44,769 nucleotides of DNA. Source: Spirochaetota bacterium. Its GTDB lineage: Bacteria > Spirochaetota > UBA4802 > UBA5550. Numbering within the stretch: position 1 is the stretch's first letter; each line of letters starts with the position of its first letter. The DNA is taken from contig JBNKTL010000043.1 of NCBI GenBank assembly GCA_050298055.1, forward strand, positions 1-44,769. Reading direction: 5' to 3'. A model generated the notes under the pieces. The model had not been told where the DNA came from. It worked only from the letters and a program-made list of their open reading frames with translations, and did not search any database. Shown here one piece after another: positions 1 to 9,066 of this stretch. The position numbers and the translations under genes were made by a program.

Positions 1-142
1 ATAGCAGAGTGACTGTACTTACGCCTTTATAAAGAATAATAACTAATATACGGGTTGACATATTTTATACATAGCAGGCGCAAAGTTCGCGAAGGAAGAA
101 GAATGTAAGGAGAAGAGGGAGTGAGGGTTGAAGAGGATGAAT

Positions 143-487
143 TTATTCCATATCCTGTAATATTTTCTCTAATTTTTCTATAAGAGAGGGCAGGTTTTCT
201 TTTACAGTCTGCCATACAATATTGTAGTTTATGTCAAAATAAGCGTGAACGAGCCTGTTTCTCATCCCGGTAATTACAGCCCATTCAATTTCCGGGTATT
301 TTACCCTGGTGTCATCTGAAACATTTGCTGCTGCTTCACCGATAATTTCCAGTGACCGGATGATACTGTAACCAAGCTTTTTGTCTGATTTTAATGTATC
401 TAATGATTCTGAACCCAGGAATTCTATAGCATCTCTTGCCGCATCCAGCATATGAAGCATCCGGACTGTGTCGTCAGATTTCTTCAT
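143..487 (-). CDS. HEPN/DUF86 toxin (HepT-like RNase)
   Basis: 114 aa with RNRLVHAY (RX4HXY) and 'LEIIGEAA'; overlaps the upstream nucleotidyltransferase. Confidence 0.9.
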   Translation of the reverse strand: MKKSDDTVRMLHMLDAARDAIEFLGSESLDTLKSDKKLGYSIIRSLEIIGEAAANVSDDTRVKYPEIEWAVITGMRNRLVHAYFDINYNIVWQTVKENLPSLIEKLEKILQDME

Positions 488-779
488 ATTGAACCGTTGC
501 GGTTGTCATTACATCGTTTCTAAAATACCGGCTTAAATCCTCCGGAGTCCGTATGTCTACGTCTCTGCCAAAAAATTCCTTCAATTCCAGCTCCATCCGT
601 GCCATATCAAAAAGACCCGGCATGTGGCGGGAATCAAATTCAACCAGCAGATCAATATCACTCCCCGGTAGAAGTTCATCACGAAGAGCGGAACCGAAGA
701 GTGAGAGTTTAATGATATGGTTTTTTTTGCAAAATAACTTGATCTGTTCTTCGCTTATGTGGTCTTCTAACTTAAACAT
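474..779 (-). CDS. Minimal nucleotidyltransferase antitoxin (MntA-like)
   Basis: 101 aa with FGSALRDELLPGSDIDLLV (GSX10DXD); in operon with the HEPN gene. Confidence 0.9.
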   Translation of the reverse strand: MFKLEDHISEEQIKLFCKKNHIIKLSLFGSALRDELLPGSDIDLLVEFDSRHMPGLFDMARMELELKEFFGRDVDIRTPEDLSRYFRNDVMTTATVQYEEI

Positions 780-956
780 GGATGTGTTCCTGTGTTTTGG
801 AATGAGTATATATAGAAAAGTTTTGAGGTCAAGAAATTATTTTTTATTCAGGGAAGTTGATGTTGAGGATATTTTTGAAACGCCAGGGCGCGAAGTTCAT
901 TGAGGAAGTGGGGGAGACTAACCGCTATGATCAAAAAGTTGAAATATTTACAACAA

Positions 957-2192
957 TTATAAATAATCTAAAGGGCTTTTAATATCATTCTTGTATTCTA
1001 ATAGTACATGAGTATAAATCATTGTTGTTTCTAATTTTTTATGGCCTAATAATTCTTGCACAACTCTAATATTTACACCTGACTCTAATAAATGTGTTGC
1101 AAAACTATGTCTGAAAGTGTGAGCGCTGATTTTTTTAGGTATATTAGATTTGATTGAAGCGTTCTTAATTGCTTTTTGCACAACACTTTCATGTATGTGA
1201 TGCTTATAGGTTTTCCCGTCATTTTTATCTATATAAAAGTTTTTCGCAGGAAATACTCAATACCATTTAAACTCTCGTTCCGCATTTGGATATTTTCTCG
1301 ACAGAGCATCCGGTAATTTAACACGATTATTATCCAATACCTTATCTTTTTCAAAAATAATTTTTACATGTTCTATTTGATTTTGCAAATCCTGGATAAT
1401 TTTTTCGGGTATCATTACTATTCGGTCTTTATCTCCCTTGCCAGAATGGACTGTTATTATTTTTCGTGACAAATCAATATCTTTTATTCGAAGGGTCATA
1501 CATTCCATTAATCTTAAGCCTGAGCCATAAAGAATTTTTGATATGAGCAGGTTTTCATTATTAAGATATTTAAATACTTCAGTAACTTCTTTTCCCGTGA
1601 GTACCGTTGGAATTTTTCTATTTCTTTTTGCGCGCAGGGTTTCTTCCATATTTTCTAATTCTTTATACAGAACATGCCTGAATAAAAAAAGGATGGCATT
1701 AAACGCTTGATTCTGTGTCGAAGCCGCAACATTTTTTTCTTTTGCCAGATGAGTTAAAAAATTCTTAACATCCATTGAATTACACATTGAAAAACTTTTT
1801 TTAATATAATAATGAAACTGTTTTGTCCAATAGATATAATTTTTTTCAGTTTTACCGGAATAATGCTTTAACTTAATAGCATTATGGATTTGACGTATAA
1901 CAAATTCTAATGAAATTGCATCTTTATCTTTAATCAAAGTATATAATAAATTTACCGCATCAATTGCCTGGTTTATCTGCCAATCCCGGTATTTATTATT
2001 TTCATGAAGGTGCTTCGAAAAATTTCTGAGCATTTCACTTCGAGAAAGTTTTTTTTCATCATAACTATTTTTTTCGAGATATTTTAAAAAAAGCTCAACC
2101 CATATAATATAAAATTTTTTATTAGATTCTTTTATTTGTTGATGTTTTGCTATAATTATTTTATAATCGTTTATATATTCACTGAAAATCAT
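957..2192 (-). pseudogene. intI: Integron integrase, 411 codons, with one in-frame TGA at 1257-1259
   Basis: The two ORF pieces share a frame and read ...[43 protein letters not shown]...; motifs [37 protein letters not shown] and the IntI-specific insertion are present. Confidence 0.92.
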
Positions 2193-2235
2193 GCAAATTA
2201 CCTATTATACCGCAAGCTGTTTAAGCGGATATATT

Positions 2236-2273
2236 GCCCATATTCTGGGTAGCAGTTTATTAAGATGTTATAA
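2236..2273 (+). other. attI site (crossover G^TT at 2267/2268)
   Basis: Lies between the intI start and the first cassette; GTTATAA (2267-2273) is the exact complement of TTATAAC that opens the first attC. Confidence 0.85.
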
Positions 2274-2285
2274 CCAACAAAAATT

Positions 2286-2750
2286 ATGGAACCATATATT
2301 GAAATTTTAAAACTTGGCGTGGTCGGCATCGTGTCCGGTTTGTTTTCGGCTTATGTTGCTACACGCGGACATAGAAATAAAAAGTGGTGGGAACTAAGGG
2401 TGGCTGCGTATCAGTCAGTTATCGAAGCGCTTTCAGATTTAACACATTATTATAATCGCAAATATAAAGCTGAAATTGAGCATAGAGAAATCAGCGAAGA
2501 GTATGAAGCTGAACTAAGTAAGTTCTGGGATAGCAGTTACCATAAAGTAAGAAAAGCTGCTGATAGTGGCGTGTTTTTATTCTCTAAAGAGGTTAATGCA
2601 GCACTACAAGAATTCAAAAATTTACAAAATGAAGACCATCAAACATATTTTGAGTACCTGGATAGTTATTCTGCAATTGCTGAAAAGTGCCTAAAAACAG
2701 TTGTTGAATGTGCAAATAAAGACTTAAGAGTGAGAGATACTTGGTTATAA
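2286..2750 (+). CDS. Cassette 1: hypothetical protein with N-terminal TM helix
   Basis: 154 aa ORF whose stop lies inside the R'' box of attC1. Confidence 0.8.
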   Translation: MEPYIEILKLGVVGIVSGLFSAYVATRGHRNKKWWELRVAAYQSVIEALSDLTHYYNRKYKAEIEHREISEEYEAELSKFWDSSYHKVRKAADSGVFLFSKEVNAALQEFKNLQNEDHQTYFEYLDSYSAIAEKCLKTVVECANKDLRVRDTWL

Positions 2751-2805
2751 CAACGCCATCAAATCCGACGCTCGTACCTCGCGCGGCTTATGGCAAACGT
2801 TATCT
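2745..2805 (+). other. attC1 (61 bp)
   Basis: TTATAAC...GTTATCT with an imperfect palindrome. Confidence 0.9.
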
Positions 2806-2836
2806 CCACAAAAAATAAAAAATAATAGGATACTAA

Positions 2837-3574
2837 ATGCCCACATTCTGGAAATCATTTTTTGGATCATTTTTAGGGAAAATTACATCAGTACTTTTCA
2901 TTACTGTTTGTATGGCAATAGGGTTTGGTCCCGATGAATGGGCAAAATATCTTTTAAATGATTTACCAGTACACTTTAATCCAAGGGCGGCACAAATTCT
3001 TTTATTAATCCTTGGCGCCATTACACTTTTTTTTCTTTCATCTAGACTTCTTTCATCTCTTTTTACATCGTTTAAAAAGAAAGTTATTGATTTTTTAAGT
3101 GATATTGTGTGGTTTGATGGACCTCATTCAATTCACACTTTTGGTTACGTGATTAGTAAACCTAATAATATAGTTCTTGTTGATCACATTAGATTGAGGG
3201 GCAAAAATACCAAAAAATCATCTATATTTGTAAAAGTAGCATATATGCGTTCTTTGGTTTCGGGGGAACAAATCAAAGCAAAAATTAATAACTTAGATGC
3301 AGAAAATTTAGAAATCTTTAAAGGTTCAAGTTTTGACATTTATTTTAGCCTCCCCAATGAAGACGGGGCATTAGCCAACAACCACATTAAAGGTATTTCA
3401 TTTCAAAAATTTCTCCAACGATTTTCAAACTTTGAAATAGTGATTGAAACAGACAAAAAAAATCATATTATTGAATTTGATGATAAAGAAACCAAAAACT
3501 GGGTATCTTTAATCCAAAATGGTCTAATGATGCCAGCTCCTGGTGAAAAAGCAAGAGTTTTGAAAAAGAGATAA
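2837..3574 (+). CDS. Cassette 2: hypothetical membrane protein (2 N-terminal TM helices)
   Basis: 245 aa ORF with AGGA RBS; stop in R'' of attC2. Confidence 0.8.
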   Translation: MPTFWKSFFGSFLGKITSVLFITVCMAIGFGPDEWAKYLLNDLPVHFNPRAAQILLLILGAITLFFLSSRLLSSLFTSFKKKVIDFLSDIVWFDGPHSIHTFGYVISKPNNIVLVDHIRLRGKNTKKSSIFVKVAYMRSLVSGEQIKAKINNLDAENLEIFKGSSFDIYFSLPNEDGALANNHIKGISFQKFLQRFSNFEIVIETDKKNHIIEFDDKETKNWVSLIQNGLMMPAPGEKARVLKKR

Positions 3575-3690
3575 CAAAAGTTTACAGACCGACCGCCATC
3601 GCGCCTTTGCAGATGTCTAGTTGGTCTTTCTTGGCAAATAAATCATAAACACAAAATCAGCGTAGGCGGCGGCTGAAACTCGCGTTATGT
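3569..3690 (+). other. attC2 (122 bp)
   Basis: AGATAAC...GTTATGT; arms AGTTTACAGACCGACCGCC / GGCGGCGGCTGAAACT. Confidence 0.88.
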
Positions 3691-3717
3691 CTCTACTCAA
3701 AATGATGATTTTAAAAT

Positions 3718-4767
3718 ATGAATGAAATTTTAATTACACTTCCAGAATACTACAAAGCTATAGTTGAACGTCTTGCACGTGCAGATTGGTTAATTCATAA
3801 CTTCATAACTCAGGATTCTTCCGATCTCTATAATCCAGCAAACTATGTACACAATATTGAATTCAATAACACTGAATATCGTGCACTGATTGATCTCAAC
3901 ATTCTTCAATATATAGTTAACTGTGTTAAAAAAGAGACAGCCAAAGAACTTTATCGTGATGCGTGTGCGTTACTTATCTTTTTCCGGGCAGCCGAAATTC
4001 AGATCGAGCCAAATCTTGCCATATATGAACGTATTAACTACAATGCTGAAAACTTGGAAGAGGCACTTGATGACCTTTCCTTACTGAGAGCATTAGACAA
4101 TATAGATGTAGAACAACTTGCATGTTATGTATTAGGTGATGAAGGTGCTCTTAAAAATGTAGTCCCTGTTAAAATAGACCGAAAAAAAATCGGAGAGGAA
4201 CTAATTAAATATCATAGGCTCATTAACTGGGATTCAATTTACCTATTGGTCTTGAAAGCTGTTTCAGTTTACTGGGATAATGCAATACCCCATCAGAAAA
4301 AATTAGAGCTATATCTGGACTGGATGATACAAAATTTCCGTTTGTCCCTTCCTTGTATCGTATACGTAGTGAGAATGTTTGGCCATAACCCACTTACAAA
4401 AATGATGAAATTTAAAAACGATGGAAATGAGTATTTAAAACGTACTGCAGTTTTTAATATGACATGGGATCTATTTCATATTGATCACTATTTCAAGAAC
4501 TGGATTAATCCGGAAAAGGAGTGGGAGGAGTTATTCTTTACTCAGGATCGGATGCTTCGCTCATTGTTTAGGCTTGCGATTGAGGTTCAATATGCAGGTG
4601 AAATGACACCACTATTAACTTACCTTTCATCCCCTAAAGCCACAATGTGTCAAACACTAATAGAAGGCTACAGCGACCGAAATGATCGTGTTTACGGAAC
4701 AAGTAGGTGGTCACCTGAACACAGAAAAAATCTAATACGAAACTTGGAGACTGAGCTGTTTCATTGA
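3718..4767 (+). CDS. Cassette 3: hypothetical protein, possibly PIN-like nuclease fold
   Basis: 349 aa; ALIDLNIL near the N-terminus, WD and FFTQD acidic motifs near the C-terminus. Confidence 0.7.
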   Translation: MNEILITLPEYYKAIVERLARADWLIHNFITQDSSDLYNPANYVHNIEFNNTEYRALIDLNILQYIVNCVKKETAKELYRDACALLIFFRAAEIQIEPNLAIYERINYNAENLEEALDDLSLLRALDNIDVEQLACYVLGDEGALKNVVPVKIDRKKIGEELIKYHRLINWDSIYLLVLKAVSVYWDNAIPHQKKLELYLDWMIQNFRLSLPCIVYVVRMFGHNPLTKMMKFKNDGNEYLKRTAVFNMTWDLFHIDHYFKNWINPEKEWEELFFTQDRMLRSLFRLAIEVQYAGEMTPLLTYLSSPKATMCQTLIEGYSDRNDRVYGTSRWSPEHRKNLIRNLETELFH

Positions 4768-4768
4768 A

Positions 4769-4828
4769 ACATAACAAGGCTAATTCAGCCGACGCAAAAA
4801 GCCGCGCGGCTGATTGGCAACGTTAGAT
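4769..4828 (+). other. attC3 (60 bp)
   Basis: ACATAAC...AATTCAGCCGACGC-AAAAA-GCCGCGCGGCTGATT...GTTAGAT. Confidence 0.92.
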
Positions 4829-4905
4829 TTGTATTGAGTTGTTCGCCCTATCATAAAATTGTTACCAGACTATCATTAAGTATGTGGCCCGGAGGAGAGT
4901 TGATT

Positions 4906-6081
4906 ATGACAATTGAAGAATATTTTAAAAAAAATAATATTCCTCAAGAGTTTCTTCCTGTTTTCAACAATATACCGAATTATTTTTGGGGCAATATTAC
5001 TAAAATTGATAAAGAATATTGGGATTTATTTAAATCAAGAAATGGGGCTGATTTAATAATACCTAAATTAAAAAATGAATCAAATAATGATAAAATCAAA
5101 GATTTAAATTTTCAAATTAAATGGGAATCAATAGCTTTATTCTATAGATATAATCAAAATCAATATCATCAAGCCATACAGATAATTCAAGCTCTTTATG
5201 ATCAGATGATTGATTATCAGCTTGAATCAGGGAATATAATTCATAAAGGTATGCCACTAGTCTGGTTAAGAGATTTTCATCTTTTACTTGATCACCCTGT
5301 ATTAGCTAAAAGATATGCTATGTTAACTTTATGTGAAGATGTAATAAGAGATTTTAATAACAATAATTCATTAAACAAAAATGAAGGTGGAATATATTTT
5401 CGTTTAAATTGGTATCATGGTATGTCAGATAAAGAAATAGATAATTATTCCAACATTATTTATGAGAAATACAAAGAAGACAAAGAATTATCAAAATTTC
5501 CTGAATGGTTAATTCAAAATCTTGATAACAATTGGTTGATTGAGTATCCATCATTAAGTGAATTAATGATTTATAAACCAAATTTGAAATATGTAAAATT
5601 ATTATTAGATAAATCATTAACTGATACAACAGGAAAATATTTTGAATACATAGCCGACTATGTTTTATCAAATATCCCTGGTTTTAGAACTCACCTCAGA
5701 ACGTTAGCGGAATGTACTGATTATGATAATTTATGTATTATTGAAGGGGTTAGTGCTGACTTTAGGAGTGAATTGGGTAGATATGTTATTTGTGAATGTA
5801 AAGACTGGTCTAAACCTGCAGATTTTACTGTAATCTCTAAATTTGGCAGTGTAATAGATTCTGTTAAATGTAAAACCGGTATATTATTTTCAAAAGAAGG
5901 TATTACTGGAGAAGATAAAAATAAATTTGCTGAAAGAGAAATACTAAAAATATTTCAAAGAAATGGAGTCTCAATTTTATTAATTGAAGAAAATGATATT
6001 CTCAATGTATTGAATGGATATAATTTTATAGAAATTTTAAGAAATAAATACGAAAAAATTCGGTTTGATCTAAAAGAATAA
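4906..6081 (+). CDS. Cassette 4: protein with C-terminal Mrr-like PD-(D/E)xK restriction endonuclease domain
   Basis: GGAGG RBS before ATG 4906; C-terminal FEYI...DYD...VICECKDWSKPAD...GILFSKEGITG. Confidence 0.75.
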   Translation: MTIEEYFKKNNIPQEFLPVFNNIPNYFWGNITKIDKEYWDLFKSRNGADLIIPKLKNESNNDKIKDLNFQIKWESIALFYRYNQNQYHQAIQIIQALYDQMIDYQLESGNIIHKGMPLVWLRDFHLLLDHPVLAKRYAMLTLCEDVIRDFNNNNSLNKNEGGIYFRLNWYHGMSDKEIDNYSNIIYEKYKEDKELSKFPEWLIQNLDNNWLIEYPSLSELMIYKPNLKYVKLLLDKSLTDTTGKYFEYIADYVLSNIPGFRTHLRTLAECTDYDNLCIIEGVSADFRSELGRYVICECKDWSKPADFTVISKFGSVIDSVKCKTGILFSKEGITGEDKNKFAEREILKIFQRNGVSILLIEENDILNVLNGYNFIEILRNKYEKIRFDLKE

Positions 6082-6138
6082 AGTCATACCTTTAAAAGTA
6101 TTTTATTAATGTGCAGAAAGGTGTACAGCGTAAAAAAA

Positions 6139-6263
6139 ATCTAACATATGCTCAAGCCTGATGCTCCCCGCCCTTTGCGGCAGGTTGTTTTGCTTGTTCA
6201 ACGTCGTTTAACTTGCTTCGGGAGTCGGCGTCGCGGGTCGCACAGCTTAGCAAATCGTTAGGC
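6139..6263 (+). other. attC4 (125 bp)
   Basis: ATCTAAC...TGCTCAAGCCTG / CACAGCTTAGCA...GTTAGGC. Confidence 0.88.
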
Positions 6264-6309
6264 GTCATGTAGAAAAACTGAATATCAAGCAAGCTGAAGG
6301 AGCGGTATT

Positions 6310-6668
6310 ATGAAAGATTTACTTAACATTTACTACAAAGCTTTTGCAGATAAAGCAAATTGGGAAAGTGTCATCGCAGACGATTTTCAATTTGTCGGTG
6401 GAGATATGACAAACACCACTCCAATAGTTGGAAAACAGGCCTATATTGAGATAATAAAACGATTTTCACAGGTTTTAAATCGATGAGAGTTAAAGAAATG
6501 ATAATTGATGGAAGCAAAGCTTGCGTTATAGGAAATTATGATTACCAATTTCCAAACGGACAACAAATGAATGGTAATGTAGCTGAATTATGGACGGCGA
6601 AAGACGGCAAGCTTCAATCTTTGACGATCTATTTTGACACATTAACGTTTGCGAATAATTCAAAGTAG
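6310..6668 (+). pseudogene. Cassette 5a: SnoaL/NTF2-like protein with a 1-nt frameshift near 6473-6476
   Basis: AAGGAG RBS; MKDLLNIYYKAFADKANWESVIADDFQF... joins MRVKEMII...YFDT if one T is added to GGTTTTAAAT. Confidence 0.75.
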
Positions 6669-6678
6669 GCAAACAAAA

Positions 6679-7020
6679 ATGGCTTACAATACAAAACTTG
6701 CTGATAGGGTCAGAGAATATCTTGCTCATTTGCCCAATATACAGATAGAAGAGAAGAAAATGTTTGGAGGCCTAGCTTTTTTGGTCAACGGTAAAATGTG
6801 TGTGAATGTCAGCGGTGAAAACTTAATGTGTCGTTTTGATCCAAGCCTTGTAAAAGAAATTTCGAAAAGAAAAGGCTTTCAAACAATGATTATGAAGGGA
6901 AAGGAATACAAAGGTTATTGCTATGTAAGTCCAGAGAGGATTAAAACAGAAAATGACTTTGATTATTGGATAAAGTTATGCTTATCGTTCAACGAACAGG
7001 CAAAATCTACGAAGAAATGA
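6679..7020 (+). CDS. Cassette 5b: TfoX N-terminal domain protein
   Basis: MAYNTKLADRVRE...EKKMFGGLAFLVNGKMC signature. Confidence 0.85.
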   Translation: MAYNTKLADRVREYLAHLPNIQIEEKKMFGGLAFLVNGKMCVNVSGENLMCRFDPSLVKEISKRKGFQTMIMKGKEYKGYCYVSPERIKTENDFDYWIKLCLSFNEQAKSTKK

Positions 7021-7045
7021 AAGTTGCGCTTCTTCATGAAAGAAC

Positions 7046-7105
7046 GCCTAACAAGACAAATTCAGCCAACGCAAAAAGCCGCGCGGCTGATTTTCGTCGT
7101 TAGGC
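7046..7105 (+). other. attC5 (60 bp), close relative of attC3
   Basis: GCCTAAC...AATTCAGCCAACGCAAAAAGCCGCGCGGCTGATT...GTTAGGC. Confidence 0.92.
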
Positions 7106-7123
7106 AATAAAAACTAGAAGAAG

Positions 7124-7405
7124 ATGAATAAGAAAAATAAAAAACTCACTCCTGTACAAAAACGAGCAAAAAAGAAGGCAAAAGTCGAAAGACAAAAAAA
7201 GTATGAGTGGATTTTCATGAATGGTAAACAAGTCAGAATTAAACGACGACCCACAATAGATGGAATGGATGTTGATGAATTTATTCAAAATAATGCTGAT
7301 CCAATATGGCTTCATCAAAATGAAATGTGGGAATATATGGAACAAGAGAAATACGAAGATGATGATAGTAAGTCATTGAATGACAAAACAAAAAACAGAT
7401 TATAA
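7124..7405 (+). CDS. Cassette 6a: small hypothetical protein (basic N-terminus, acidic C-terminus)
   Basis: 93 aa ORF directly after attC5. Confidence 0.7.
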   Translation: MNKKNKKLTPVQKRAKKKAKVERQKKYEWIFMNGKQVRIKRRPTIDGMDVDEFIQNNADPIWLHQNEMWEYMEQEKYEDDDSKSLNDKTKNRL

Positions 7406-7408
7406 ACG

Positions 7409-7681
7409 ATGCAACATTCAAATAAAGACATCAAAGAAAAGCTGTTTAGGATTTATAAAAAGTATCAAGAATTACATAAAGGTAATCCAGATTCATTGCA
7501 GATGTTCTGTATGTGGTCTACTACAGATCCACCTGACATTTTAGAGGACAGCCCACCATTTCAAGACATAGAAACTGTTTTTAACATCTCAATAGATGAA
7601 GACAATTGTTTGGAATTATATGATATGGATTTAGATGAAGCAGTTGCTAAAATAGCAAATATTATCAAAAAACAATGCTAA
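7409..7681 (+). CDS. Cassette 6b: small acidic hypothetical protein
   Basis: 90 aa ORF; stop in R'' of attC6. Confidence 0.7.
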   Translation: MQHSNKDIKEKLFRIYKKYQELHKGNPDSLQMFCMWSTTDPPDILEDSPPFQDIETVFNISIDEDNCLELYDMDLDEAVAKIANIIKKQC

Positions 7682-7771
7682 CAAATGCATTAATACGGAT
7701 GTTTTTCGCACCGTTTCGTTCGCTACGCTCTCTACACTCTGCGAAAAACACCGGTTATGCTGGTGTTGGGC
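7676..7771 (+). other. attC6 (96 bp)
   Basis: TGCTAAC...GCATTAATACGGATGTTTTTCGCA / TGCGAAAAACACCGGTTATGC...GTTGGGC. Confidence 0.88.
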
Positions 7772-7791
7772 ATCAAATTAAGGAGGAATAA

Positions 7792-8055
7792 ATGGCCACA
7801 GAACACCTTGATATTCCAAACTGCCCAAAGTGCCCGGATGTGCATAGATACAAACTCGATGTTGAGAGAGCGCTTGTAATCAAAATGCTCACTATGTCAG
7901 ATATGAGTGAGCGCCCTCGACAGGTAAAGGTTACCCGTCTATTCACCTGTCCTACAACAAACGAAGAATTTGAGGCTAGGTTCATTCTCACAGACACCTC
8001 ATCAGATAGAATTAAGGATGTCAAAGTCGTGGGTATAGCTAATGCCGATGAATGA
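7792..8055 (+). CDS. Cassette 7a: small Cys/His (zinc-ribbon-like) protein
   Basis: AAGGAGG RBS; CPKCPDVH...FTCP. Confidence 0.75.
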   Translation: MATEHLDIPNCPKCPDVHRYKLDVERALVIKMLTMSDMSERPRQVKVTRLFTCPTTNEEFEARFILTDTSSDRIKDVKVVGIANADE

Positions 8056-8503
8056 AACAAAGAACACAAAAATCGAACTTGAGCAAGTTCAGGATGTAAC
8101 CCCCCATAATAAAGCATTATACGAAGCTGGTAAGAAACTGCTTGTTGATTCTGTAGATGTGGGACGTGAGTTTTGCAAATTCATGACGACAACAACTATT
8201 GGAGCAATACCAACATATCTTGCCCTTCTCAAACTCGTACTTCCGAAAGATTACAGTCTACAATCATATGATGAAATCTTATTTCTTTCCCCTCCAATTG
8301 TCTTCTTGATTTCGGCAGTTCTGTTTGTTCTAGGGTATTTTCCCCAAAAAGGAAGTCTATCATTGGATTTGCCGGCTGAAATCGAAAGAGAACGTAGCGA
8401 GACCATCAGACGTCGACATTTTTATGCAGTCGCGGGTTTTTCCGTGTTTTGTATAGGCATAGTCTTGGGAGTTTGGGTTGTGGTTAATAGATTGATAAAA
8501 TGA
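8048..8503 (+). CDS. Cassette 7b: hypothetical 3-TM membrane protein
   Basis: Overlaps 7a; three hydrophobic segments. Confidence 0.75.
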   Translation: MNETKNTKIELEQVQDVTPHNKALYEAGKKLLVDSVDVGREFCKFMTTTTIGAIPTYLALLKLVLPKDYSLQSYDEILFLSPPIVFLISAVLFVLGYFPQKGSLSLDLPAEIERERSETIRRRHFYAVAGFSVFCIGIVLGVWVVVNRLIK

Positions 8504-8512
8504 ACGAAGGAA

Positions 8513-8601
8513 GCCGAACAAAAGCATGGAGAGGGGCTGGTAAAAGCGGCGCGCCCTTCGGTTGTGCCCCTTTTACCAGCCCCTCATGCTTGGCGTTATG
8601 C
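8513..8601 (+). other. attC7 (89 bp), last recognisable full attC
   Basis: GCCGAAC...AGCATGGAGAGGGGCTGGTAAAAG / CTTTTACCAGCCCCTCATGCT...GTTATGC. Confidence 0.9.
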
Positions 8602-8757
8602 GGGAAAAAATAAAAAACTCTCAATCAATCTTAAACCAGGGAACCACATTTACACCAGGTATGAAATGGTTATATTTTTATATAAATACTCATAAATGAC
8701 TTTACAAAATAATTTTTTCAAACCAGTATAGTGCTCAGCATATGAAAGGTTGAAAAC

Positions 8758-9066
8758 ATGAACCTGCTATTCGTTGAAGATAATAAAACTATGCAGGGCA
8801 TAGTGGGCGGCATATTTGAATCATGGGGAATTGAATATGATATAGCCTCCAACGGAAAAGAAGCGTTTGAACTTGCCGTCCGCAACGAAGGGAAATATGA
8901 TGTCTGCTTCATGGATACAAACATGCCTGTCATGAACGGATTTGAAGCAACCAGGGCCATAAGAAAAAAGGTAAGATACTTCCCCATTTTGTCTACTTCA
9001 CTGGAAGAAGGGTATGAAAAAAAATTGCTGGAAGCAGGCGCGGATGATTTTATAGTGAAGCCCTGA
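8758..9066 (+). CDS. Response regulator receiver domain, probably truncated
   Basis: LFVEDN...FMDTNMPVMNG...GADDFIVKP; stops directly after KP, so helix 5 is missing. Confidence 0.75.
   Translation: MNLLFVEDNKTMQGIVGGIFESWGIEYDIASNGKEAFELAVRNEGKYDVCFMDTNMPVMNGFEATRAIRKKVRYFPILSTSLEEGYEKKLLEAGADDFIVKP

Larger units (their letters stand above)
957..8601. mobile_element. Chromosomal integron: intI, attI and 7 gene cassettes
   Basis: Divergent intI, then co-oriented ORFs separated by seven attC palindromes with matching R'/R'' boxes. Confidence 0.93.

Noticed and set aside
1257..1259. TGA as Trp (alternative genetic code) or selenocysteine
   Set aside because: Many well-defined genes here end in TGA at their expected ends, and the position corresponds to an aromatic residue, not Cys
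2193..2266. LexA box controlling intI
   Set aside because: No CTGT-N8-ACAG match; only a weak CCGC...GCGG inverted repeat
9061..9066. CCC-TGA programmed +1 frameshift
   Set aside because: The +1 frame closes after about 12 codons
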